Assembly (NCBI RefSeq): GCF_000016745.1
Contig: NC_009483.1
Span: forward strand, 2,580,001 to 2,612,000
Direction: 5' to 3'
Origin: Geotalea uraniireducens Rf4
GTDB taxonomy: Bacteria; Desulfobacterota; Desulfuromonadia; Geobacterales; Geobacteraceae
Length of the DNA stretch: 32,000 nt
The position numbers and the translations under genes are program-made. Of this stretch, positions 25,322 through 32,000 are shown in pieces. The notes under the pieces were generated by a model. That model saw only the letters and a program-made list of their open reading frames with translations, did not search any database and was not told the origin of the DNA. Positions within the stretch are counted from its first letter, which is position 1; each line of letters opens with the position of its first letter.

Positions 25322-27949
25322 CTACAGATGCTTCAACCTCTCCCTGACCATACCCAGTTCGTCATCCCGACTTACAACCTGACCGTTCAGTCGTGCTTTT
25401 AAGACTACATCCAGAAGCTCCCGATAGAGTGGCCCGGCTGGCACCCCGAGTCGTTTAAGGTCTTCACCGGAAATCAGGCAGCGGACACCCTGCAATTGGG
25501 TAAAATAGAGTGAGATGCATTTTTTGGCATCGTCACTGCCGGTTTTCGCCATCAGATAGAGAAGAATCTCCACCGGCAGATCTTTCAACCAGAAATATAT
25601 TTCGCTTTTTGCTACCCGCCCCCCCCGCGCCACCTTCATTTCCATGATCTCCAGCACCTCTTCACCCCGCCTGCGCATCTCGAAGAGCTTCTCCTTGTAA
25701 TGCTCGTTAACGGCCAGCCGCGTGCAAGCCCCCCACAACATATCGTCAGTCAGGGACTCGCATAGGGTAAGGAAATATACCACCCAACGCTCATAGGCCC
25801 GATCGAGAAAGAGGAGATCAAACCAGGAAATGATTTTCCGGGCGTCTTCCAAAACAGTGCGTGTCCGTGCGGTCATCTGGAGTTCAGGATGAATGAAGCG
25901 CAAAAGGCCGAGGGCCGACAACCTCTCCACCGCTTTGAACGGTTCTTTTTCACGCAGAATATAAACGAGTTCGGTCAAAAGGCGCTTACCGCCGAGTTTC
26001 TCCAGAAAATCCATTTTTACCGCATTCTTGATCAGGTTTTCCGTATGCTTGGCAATATGAAAATCAAGCCGCTGCTCAAAGCGAATGGCGCGGAACACCC
26101 GGGTCGGATCTTCAACAAAGGAGAGATTGTGCAGCACGCGAATAAGCCGGTCCTGCAAGTCGCGGTGCGCGCCGAAATAGTCGATGAGCAGGCCGAATTC
26201 AGAATTGTTCAGGCGGATGGCAAGGGTATTGATGGTGAAGTCGCGACGGTAGAGATCCATCTTGAGGGAGGAACGTTCGACAGTCGGAAGAGCGCCCGGC
26301 GAAACGTAATACTCCAGCCGGGTGCTGGCCACATCGACCTTGAATCCGTCGGGAAAAACGATCACGGCCGTGCCGAATTTCTCGTGGCTCTTGACACGGC
26401 AGCCGAACTCAGCGGAAAAGGTCTCGGCAAACAGGATGCCATCCCCCTCCACAGTCACATCTATGTCATAATTTTCGTTATTCAACAGGAGGTCCCGGAC
26501 AAAACCGCCGACCGCGTAAACAGGCAGGTCCAGACGGTCCCCGACCCGACCCAGATCACGCAGCACCTGCAATACCGTCGGCGAGATATGCTTGTTCATC
26601 AAGCCGGATATTTCCTTGCTGCGCAGCGGCGTTGCGTCCCTTGCCAGGTCGTATAGGGAGTCGCCACTGTACAAGTAACGCAAGATATCGGTACGGGTCA
26701 CGACGCCCACCAGGTTGCCGTCGGCCAAAACCGGCACGAGACGCCGGTTCCGGCCGACGATATAGTCTTGGATATCGCTGATCGGGGTGGACGGTTCAGC
26801 CGACATGAACTCCGAATGCATGTAGTCGCTGACTGGCACATGGCCGAGATTGTGGTAGAGAGACTTTTCAACAATACGCCGGGAAATGACCCCGACCAGC
26901 CGTTCCCCGTCCATCACCGGCATGGCGTTGACGTTATACCTGGTCAAGAGCTCGCGGGCCTCCTCGATGGTGGCATCGGCGGAAATGATTTTCACCGGTG
27001 ACGACATGATATCGCTTGCAACACGCCGTGGATTTACCCTGTTCCGCAAAATCTCTTCCAGCTTTTCCAGCACCTGGATCAGAGTCAGGTCCTTCACCGT
27101 AGCAGAAGCAGCCGAGGCGTGTCCCCCTCCACCGAATTCGTGAAGGATCTCACTCATATTCACCTCGGGGACGCGGCTCCTGGCGACGATGTAGACCCGG
27201 CTCCCCATGCCGACCACGAGAAAGAGGGCCTGAAGGTTCTCCATGTCCCGCATCATGTGTGCAAGAGCGGCGATGTCCCCGATATAGTAGTCGACTGACG
27301 CATGGGCGATAGAGACATCGACACCGTTCAGATTGGTCGTCTTCAGTGATTTCAGCAGGTCGTTTAGCAGGGAGACCTGCTCTACGGTCAGCTCCTGGGT
27401 GATGAAATCGGCAACGGTGTTCAGATTGGCGCCCCGCTCCAAAAGCCATGCGGCAGCATGATAGTCATCTACCGTCGTGGAGGGAAAGGTGAGGCTCCCG
27501 GTATCTTCGTAGATGCCGAGCATCATCAGCGTCGCCTCTGTGGCATTCACCTCGATCCACTTCTCTCGTAGTATGCCGGTAAGGATGGTGGTCGAGGAGC
27601 CGCTCACGCGGATTACCCCGCCAGTGGAAGCGATGTCGCCCGATGATTCGGGGTGGTGGTCATAAATATGGATTTCAAGACCGGGCCGGTGCAGAATCTC
27701 GGCAAACCTGCCGATGCGGGAAGAGTGTTGGCAATCCACCAGGATCAGTCGCGTTACCTGGTCAAGATCGAGATCTTTGAAGCGGGTGAAGTTGAGCACG
27801 TAGCTGGTGGATTTAAGAAAAAAGTCGCGCATGCTCTTTTCCTGGGCGCCGGAAAACACCATAGCCGCATCGGGATAGAGCTTTTTGGCGGCCACCATGG
27901 CCCCCAGACAGTCGAAATCAGCATTAACGTGGGTGGTAATTACGTCCAT
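25322..27949 (-). CDS. Multidomain DHH/DHHA1 - CBS pair - polyA-polymerase-family tRNA nucleotidyltransferase (CCA-adding enzyme type)
   Basis: The N-terminus has HVNADFDCLGA and the DHH motif (IYDHHP). The middle has tandem CBS domains (IMSSPV..., DYMHSEF...). The C-terminal half has the nucleotidyltransferase head GGFVRDLLL...DIDV...RRDFTIN. Confidence 0.88.
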   Translation of the reverse strand: MDVITTHVNADFDCLGAMVAAKKLYPDAAMVFSGAQEKSMRDFFLKSTSYVLNFTRFKDLDLDQVTRLILVDCQHSSRIGRFAEILHRPGLEIHIYDHHPESSGDIASTGGVIRVSGSSTTILTGILREKWIEVNATEATLMMLGIYEDTGSLTFPSTTVDDYHAAAWLLERGANLNTVADFITQELTVEQVSLLNDLLKSLKTTNLNGVDVSIAHASVDYYIGDIAALAHMMRDMENLQALFLVVGMGSRVYIVARSRVPEVNMSEILHEFGGGGHASAASATVKDLTLIQVLEKLEEILRNRVNPRRVASDIMSSPVKIISADATIEEARELLTRYNVNAMPVMDGERLVGVISRRIVEKSLYHNLGHVPVSDYMHSEFMSAEPSTPISDIQDYIVGRNRRLVPVLADGNLVGVVTRTDILRYLYSGDSLYDLARDATPLRSKEISGLMNKHISPTVLQVLRDLGRVGDRLDLPVYAVGGFVRDLLLNNENYDIDVTVEGDGILFAETFSAEFGCRVKSHEKFGTAVIVFPDGFKVDVASTRLEYYVSPGALPTVERSSLKMDLYRRDFTINTLAIRLNNSEFGLLIDYFGAHRDLQDRLIRVLHNLSFVEDPTRVFRAIRFEQRLDFHIAKHTENLIKNAVKMDFLEKLGGKRLLTELVYILREKEPFKAVERLSALGLLRFIHPELQMTARTRTVLEDARKIISWFDLLFLDRAYERWVVYFLTLCESLTDDMLWGACTRLAVNEHYKEKLFEMRRRGEEVLEIMEMKVARGGRVAKSEIYFWLKDLPVEILLYLMAKTGSDDAKKCISLYFTQLQGVRCLISGEDLKRLGVPAGPLYRELLDVVLKARLNGQVVSRDDELGMVRERLKHL

Positions 27950-28752
27950 CAGGCGACCGTAAACGCCGCATAGGCAACGACCTGGCGGTTATCGCCGGTC
28001 ACATCGCCGCTCGTGGCATAGCGCACCAGCTTCGCCTGTGTTGCCCCCAGTTCATTGACCGCTACGAGCATGACCGTTGCGGGGATCACTCCGCACATGG
28101 TGATGTCTTTTTCGCGGCAGACCCGCAAAAGTCCCTCGGGATTCAACGCCAGTATCTCGTTGATGGCATGTTCATCCTTCTCTTTCGCCATCACAGCCGA
28201 TTCGTAATGGGTCATGTCCGAACTGGCAACTATCAGCACCTCTTCTCCATATTCCCGTATCGCCCGGGCAATACCTGAACCGAGCGACTTGCAGCTCGCA
28301 TAGTCGCCGAAGCCGAGACAGAGAGGGACAATGGTCACATCGGACCGGACGAACTGGAGAAAGGGGACCTGGACTTCGAGGGAGTGCTCGAAATGATGGG
28401 CGGAGGTTTCCTCCTCCACCAGGGGGGCATGTTTTTTGATTAACGCGGAAAGGCGGCTGTTTATGGAGACGGCGCCGAGCGGGGTAAGCCATTTGCCAGC
28501 GGGATAGATGGCTGCCCTGGCGCCGACACCCTGGTGATTGGGGCCCAGGATGATAACGGTCGGCGGCACTTCGACAGAGCCGTAGAGCCTGCCGGCAACC
28601 GCTCCCGAGTACATGTAGCCCGCATGGGGAGCAATCACCCCCAGGACCTTTTCCCGGAAAGTTTCCACCGTAACCATCCGTTCCAACTGGGCACGGAGTT
28701 CTTTCGGGTCGTTCGTGTAAAACTGTCCTGCCACTGCCGGTTGACGAATCAT
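27949..28752 (-). CDS. amrB: AmmeMemoRadiSam system protein B (Memo-like)
   Basis: RQPAVAGQFY, PHAGYMYSG, HSLEVQVPFL, SSDMTHY and MCGVIP motifs of the Memo family are present. The start was set to the ATG at 28752 (AAGGAG 6 nt upstream). The stop overlaps the downstream start as ATGA. Confidence 0.88.
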   Translation of the reverse strand: MIRQPAVAGQFYTNDPKELRAQLERMVTVETFREKVLGVIAPHAGYMYSGAVAGRLYGSVEVPPTVIILGPNHQGVGARAAIYPAGKWLTPLGAVSINSRLSALIKKHAPLVEEETSAHHFEHSLEVQVPFLQFVRSDVTIVPLCLGFGDYASCKSLGSGIARAIREYGEEVLIVASSDMTHYESAVMAKEKDEHAINEILALNPEGLLRVCREKDITMCGVIPATVMLVAVNELGATQAKLVRYATSGDVTGDNRQVVAYAAFTVA

Positions 28753-28767
28753 GGCACACTCCTTGGA

Positions 28768-28894
28768 AGCGGTGAATGGTTGATAGTCGATGGTCGATGG
28801 CAATACAATAAACATTGTAATCCATAAACCATCGACCATCAACCATCGACCGATTTTACCATCGACCATCGACCATCGACCATCGACCGATTTA
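28768..28894. repeat. Three family-1 heptad modules. One is on the plus strand: CGG TGAATGG TTGATAG TCGATGG TCGATGG. Two are on the minus strand: aaatCGG TCGATGG TTGATGG TCGATGG TTTATGG, and TAAatCGG (TCGATGG)x4
   Basis: Counted base by base. The G-rich arm spans 28768-28800. A 28-nt loop contains the inner palindrome TACAAT-aaac-ATTGTA. The C-rich arrays span 28822-28856 and 28859-28894. The scpB TAA stop (28892-28894) is part of the last header. Confidence 0.95.
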
Positions 28895-29461
28895 TTCCTC
28901 CAGCGGCAGATCCTGCTGATCACCGTATGGGTTGACCGGCGCAAGCTCCTGAATTTCCTTCAACGTCGGCAGACTCGACAGGTCCTTCAGATTGAACAGT
29001 TCCAGGAACTCCCTGCTGGTCCCGTAGATGAGCGGCTTGCCGGGGATGTCCTTTTTGCCGAGGATCCGCAGCAGCTTTTTTTCCAGCAGAGTTTTCAGCA
29101 CCCCTCCCGAATCGACACCGCGCAGGTATTCCACTTCGGCACGGGTAATGGGTTGGCGGTAAGCGATGATCGCCAGCGTTTCCAGGGCGGACGGGCTGAA
29201 CTTGACGGTTTTGCTTCGGGTCAGACGCCGCAGATAATCGGCATTCTCCGGGCGACTGCGAAACTGATAGCCGCCGGCAACCTCATCCAGGAATATCCCC
29301 CGCTCTGCCTGACGGTAATCCTCCTTCAGGGCTTCGACCGCAGCGCGGATATCTCCCCGCTCGTGCTCTTCCAGGACCGAGCAGAGCCTGTCGAGGGTTA
29401 TCGGCAGGTCCGAAACGAAGATCAGGCTTTCGACAATGGATTTAAGACCGGCCGGCGACAT
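28892..29461 (-). CDS. scpB: Segregation and condensation protein B
   Basis: ...IVESLIFVSD.P......L........ and the winged-helix pair layout typical of ScpB are present, directly after scpA. I preferred the ATG at 29461 (GGAGGAGG upstream); ATGs at 29467 and 29491 are also in frame. It overlaps the scpA end by 20 nt. Confidence 0.85.
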   Translation of the reverse strand: MSPAGLKSIVESLIFVSDLPITLDRLCSVLEEHERGDIRAAVEALKEDYRQAERGIFLDEVAGGYQFRSRPENADYLRRLTRSKTVKFSPSALETLAIIAYRQPITRAEVEYLRGVDSGGVLKTLLEKKLLRILGKKDIPGKPLIYGTSREFLELFNLKDLSSLPTLKEIQELAPVNPYGDQQDLPLEE

Positions 29462-30263
29462 GGTCATCCTCCTCCCCGGCCGTCCCATCATCAGCCTCGA
29501 CTGCGACAGGCATGATCCAGATGGTGCCGAGGCTCCTGGCCTGGCTGATCCTGATCATCTTCAGCTTGCACAGCTCGAGGATGGCGAGAAAGGTAACCAC
29601 CAGGCCATCCCGGGTAACTTCGGAAAGAAACAGTGATTCGAAGGGGACCGCTTCCTTCCCCTCCAGCAGGGAAAGGACCTCGGCAATTTTGTCCGCGATC
29701 GAGACGCCGTCGGCGCCCACTTCGTGAAAATTCTCGACGGAAACCTTGGCCAGCACCCGCTGAAAGGCCTCTATCAGCTCAAACAGTTCGACCTCGGTCG
29801 GATCCTCTTCCGCCTCGCATGTGGCAAGATCGGCAGATGGGAATTTGCGGGCAAAGATGTCCCGGCCCAGAAGTTCGCGCTGGCCGAGCATTACGGCGGC
29901 CTCCTTGTACTTCTGATATTCCAGGAGTCTGCGCACCAGTTCGGCGCGGGGGTCCTCCTCCTCTTCTTCTTCGGCTTCTTCTTCCACGGAGGGGGGGAGC
30001 AGCATCTTCGATTTGATCTGGATGAGGGTCGCTGCCATGACCAGGAATTCACCGGCTATATCAAGATTGAGATCCTTCATCAGGTCGATATAATCCAGAT
30101 ACTGCCTGGTGATGGCGGCAATGGGGATGTTATAGATATCCACCTCATTCTTCTTAATGAGATGAAGAAGGAGGTCGAGCGGGCCTTCAAACTCTTCAAT
30201 ACTTACCTGGTAAGCATGATCATAACCATCGGTAAACAACGAGTTTTGCTTGGCTGAATCCAT
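29442..30263 (-). CDS. scpA: Segregation and condensation protein A (kleisin)
   Basis: FEGPLDLLLHLIKKNEVDIYNIPIAAITRQYLDY is the canonical ScpA N-terminus. Confidence 0.9.
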   Translation of the reverse strand: MDSAKQNSLFTDGYDHAYQVSIEEFEGPLDLLLHLIKKNEVDIYNIPIAAITRQYLDYIDLMKDLNLDIAGEFLVMAATLIQIKSKMLLPPSVEEEAEEEEEEDPRAELVRRLLEYQKYKEAAVMLGQRELLGRDIFARKFPSADLATCEAEEDPTEVELFELIEAFQRVLAKVSVENFHEVGADGVSIADKIAEVLSLLEGKEAVPFESLFLSEVTRDGLVVTFLAILELCKLKMIRISQARSLGTIWIMPVAVEADDGTAGEEDDHVAGRS

Positions 30264-30278
30264 GGGTGTGAGGTTACT

Positions 30279-30327
30279 CCGTTTTCCTTTGTCCTCGGTC
30301 CTTTATCCTCGGTCCTTCGTCCTGGGT
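30279..30327 (-). repeat. Heptad array (NNNNAGG type): ACCCAGG ACGAAGG ACCGAGG ATAAAGG ACCGAGG ACAAAGG AAAACGG (minus-strand reading)
   Basis: Seven units (49 nt) start 4 nt after the trpS TGA and end 15 nt before the scpA ATG. The plus strand reads CCGTTTT CCTTTGT CCTCGGT CCTTTAT CCTCGGT CCTTCGT CCTGGGT. Confidence 0.9.
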
Positions 30328-30331
30328 TTGA

Positions 30332-31315
30332 TCACACCTTGAGGGCCGCCCTGACATCCTTCATGGTTTGGCCTGCTTCTTCCGTCGCCTTGTGCGCCCC
30401 CTCGGCGAGAACATCCTCCACCAGGGACGGCGTGGCGGCAAGCTCCTCACGCTTGGCGCGGAACGGAGAAAGGGTATCGACAACGGACTGGGCAAGGATT
30501 TTCTTGCAGTCCACGCATCCTATCTGTGCCCCGCGGCAGGAAGCGACGATCTCGGCCCGCTTCTCTTCGGCAACATAGAGGCTGTGGAGGGTAAAGGCCA
30601 CGCAACGGTCCGGTTCACCCGGGTCGGTCCGCAACGGGCGCTGCACGTCGGTAACCATGGACATGACCTTTTTCCGCGTCTCTTCGGCGTTATCTGAGAG
30701 GAAAATGGCGTTGCCGTAAGATTTGCTCATCTTGCGCCCGTCGAGCCCCAGCACTTTCGGGGTCTCCGTCAGAAGGGCCGCCGGCTCCGGAAACACCTCG
30801 CCGTAGAGATAATTGAAGCGGCGGGCGATCTCCCGCGTAATCTCCAGATGGGGGATCTGGTCCTGGCCGACCGGTACCCGCGCCGCCTTGTAGACGATGA
30901 TGTCCGAGGCCATCAGCACCGGATAGCCGAGGAAGCCGAAGGTGGACAGGTCCTTAGCCGTCAGGTTTTCCTGCATCTCCTTGTAGGTGGGATTGCGCTC
31001 CAGCCAGGAAACCGGCGTAATCATGGAGAGTATCAGGTTGAGCTCAGCATGCTGCGGCACCTGACTCTGGACGAAAATGGTGCTCTTTTCCGGGTCGATG
31101 CCGAATGCGAGCCAGTCGAGTACCATCTCGCGGATGCTGTCCCGGATACCCTCGGTATTGGCATATTCGGTGGTCAGGGAATGCCAGTCGGCAGCGAAGA
31201 AGAAACACTCGAACTCCTGCTGCAACTTCAACCAGTTGGAAAGGACCCCGTGAAAATGCCCGAGATGCAGCTTACCGGTTGGTCTCATACCACTGACAAT
31301 ACGCTTATTTTCCAT
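30332..31315 (-). CDS. trpS: Tryptophan--tRNA ligase
   Basis: GMRPTGKLHLGHFHG (HIGH) and KMSKS are present. At 327 aa it is typical of bacterial TrpRS. Confidence 0.95.
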   Translation of the reverse strand: MENKRIVSGMRPTGKLHLGHFHGVLSNWLKLQQEFECFFFAADWHSLTTEYANTEGIRDSIREMVLDWLAFGIDPEKSTIFVQSQVPQHAELNLILSMITPVSWLERNPTYKEMQENLTAKDLSTFGFLGYPVLMASDIIVYKAARVPVGQDQIPHLEITREIARRFNYLYGEVFPEPAALLTETPKVLGLDGRKMSKSYGNAIFLSDNAEETRKKVMSMVTDVQRPLRTDPGEPDRCVAFTLHSLYVAEEKRAEIVASCRGAQIGCVDCKKILAQSVVDTLSPFRAKREELAATPSLVEDVLAEGAHKATEEAGQTMKDVRAALKV

Positions 31316-31438
31316 TTAATAGAGACTCCTTTTCAGTAGTTGTCCAAAGCAGGGTACGTCACTACCATCCACCATCCACCATCCACCATCCACCATCCAC
31401 CATCCACCATCCACCATCCACCATCCACCGCCGACCAT
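31316..31438 (-). CDS. Candidate 40-codon Trp-rich upstream ORF/leader peptide ([40 protein letters not shown])
   Basis: I translated this by hand; it is below the 60-aa cutoff of the ORF track. The ATG at 31438 is preceded by AAGGCGG at -10 to -4. The frame passes through the (TGGATGG)x9 array. Its TAA (31316-31318) directly abuts the trpS ATG (TAAATG), and the trpS SD AAAAGGAG lies inside it. Translation is unproven. Confidence 0.3.
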   Translation of the reverse strand: MVGGGWWMVDGGWWMVDGGWWMVDGSDVPCFGQLLKRSLY

Positions 31439-31459
31439 CGACCGCCTTTACCGCCTTTA
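31365..31459 (-). repeat. Heptad array, family 1: TAAaggCGG TAAaggCGG TCGATGG TCGGCGG (TGGATGG)x9 (minus-strand reading)
   Basis: Nine perfect CCATCCA units on the plus strand at 31365-31427 were verified unit by unit. They are followed by CCGCCGA CCATCGA and two copies of the 9-mer CCGCCTTTA. The M50 protease TAA stop (31457-31459) lies in the first header. Confidence 0.97.
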
Positions 31460-32000
31460 CCGCATCATAAGCCGGGTGACGCTGAACACCAGGCTGCTCT
31501 GCGGGCCGGCAAGGAAATGAACTCCCATGCTCAATATGGGCGAAATCACATAGCTGAAAATATCGGTAAAAAATACCAGAACTATGATGATTATCATGCC
31601 GAACGGCTCTATCCGGGAATAGGCAACGGACTGGCGATATGGGAGAAGGCCGACGGCAACGCGCCCGCCGTCCAGCGGCGGCACCGGAATAAGGTTGAAG
31701 ATGGCCAGGAGCAGGTTGATGTAGACCGAAAAGGCGAGCATCAGGGCGATCGGTTCAACGAACACCTGGAATAACGGTACAGCAGCACCATTCACACTGA
31801 CTGCGGCAATGCCGCGCAAGGCCATGGCCGAAACGGCGGCCAGGATGAAGTTGGTAATGGGACCTGCCGCGGCAACCCAGATCATGTCCCGCTTCGGGTG
31901 GCGGAGATTGTTGAAGTTTACCGGCACCGGCTTTGCCCAGCCGATACCGACGATGAAAATCATCAGCGTGCCGAATATATCCAGGTGCTTGAGGGGGTTC
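31457..32000 (-). CDS. Site-2 protease (M50) family membrane protein, partial (N-terminus beyond the window)
   Basis: The ORF-track piece 31457..31963 stays open upstream to the window edge (...LKHLDIFGTLMIFIVGIGWAKPVPVNFNNLRHPKRDM...). It has multiple TM helices and the typical PLDGG motif. Confidence 0.8.
   Translation of the reverse strand, partial: NPLKHLDIFGTLMIFIVGIGWAKPVPVNFNNLRHPKRDMIWVAAAGPITNFILAAVSAMALRGIAAVSVNGAAVPLFQVFVEPIALMLAFSVYINLLLAIFNLIPVPPLDGGRVAVGLLPYRQSVAYSRIEPFGMIIIIVLVFFTDIFSYVISPILSMGVHFLAGPQSSLVFSVTRLMMR

Noticed and set aside
28753-28944. 64-codon N-terminal extension of amrB (331-aa ORF, ...MVDGKIGRWLMVDGLWIT...)
   Set aside because: It reads straight through the heptad arrays and overlaps the scpB 3' end. 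The ATG at 28752 has AAGGAG 6 nt upstream and starts at the conserved Memo N-terminus (RQPAVAGQFY).
28172-29515. ORFs 28172..28846 (-), 28534..28827 (+) and 28790..29515 (+)
   Set aside because: They are out of frame with or antisense to amrB and scpB and are stitched together through the heptad arrays. They show no family signatures.
31316-31456. T-box riboswitch upstream of trpS
   Set aside because: I could not find the conserved T-box sequence (AGGGTGGNACCGCG-like), a specifier loop, or a terminator/antiterminator pair. The leader is dominated by the heptad array instead.
31340-31774. 144-aa plus-strand ORF beginning ...[23 protein letters not shown]...
   Set aside because: Its N-terminal part is the antisense reading of the (TGGATGG)x9 array. 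The rest is antisense to the well-supported M50 protease gene.

Overview
This is a chromosomal, mostly housekeeping window. Gene content suggests a Geobacteraceae/Desulfuromonadales-type genome: four-subunit KorDABC, a MucR/Ros paralogue, trpS-scpA-scpB, and a Wza/Wzz export pair. That assignment is an inference and was not checked against any database. I can support 29 protein genes, mostly on the minus strand. They are: DUF3793 (partial), a secreted hypothetical, a VKOR-DsbA fusion, gluQ, ppnP, glnB-glnA, panE, an M23 peptidase, hrpB, a HAD hydrolase, a PAP2 phosphatase, a Wzz-like and a giant Wza-like exporter, korDABC, mucR, bioB-bioD-bioA, a glycine-zipper protein, a DHH-CBS-polyA-polymerase-type tRNA nucleotidyltransferase, amrB (Memo), scpA-scpB, trpS, and an M50 protease (partial). 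There are also three tRNAs (Gly-GCC, Glu-UUC, Gln-CUG), several near-consensus promoters, a BirA-type operator and four clear intrinsic terminators. No CRISPR array, IS element, integrase or recognisable defence or toxin genes are present. The unusual content is non-coding. At least nine intergenic or intercistronic spacers hold tandem 7-nt repeat arrays. The main family reads CGG-(TNNATGG)n in its G-rich orientation, starts at or within a few nt of the stop codon of the upstream gene, and is sometimes arranged as inverted arrays. One copy, (TGGATGG)x9, lies directly upstream of trpS. It forms a 40-codon uORF with three Trp-Trp codon pairs whose TAA stop abuts the trpS ATG. The korA-korB spacer holds 7+7 inverted GGG-phased heptads that match the canonical G-quadruplex motif on both strands. 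These arrays also create false long ORFs and false N-terminal extensions in the six-frame track.
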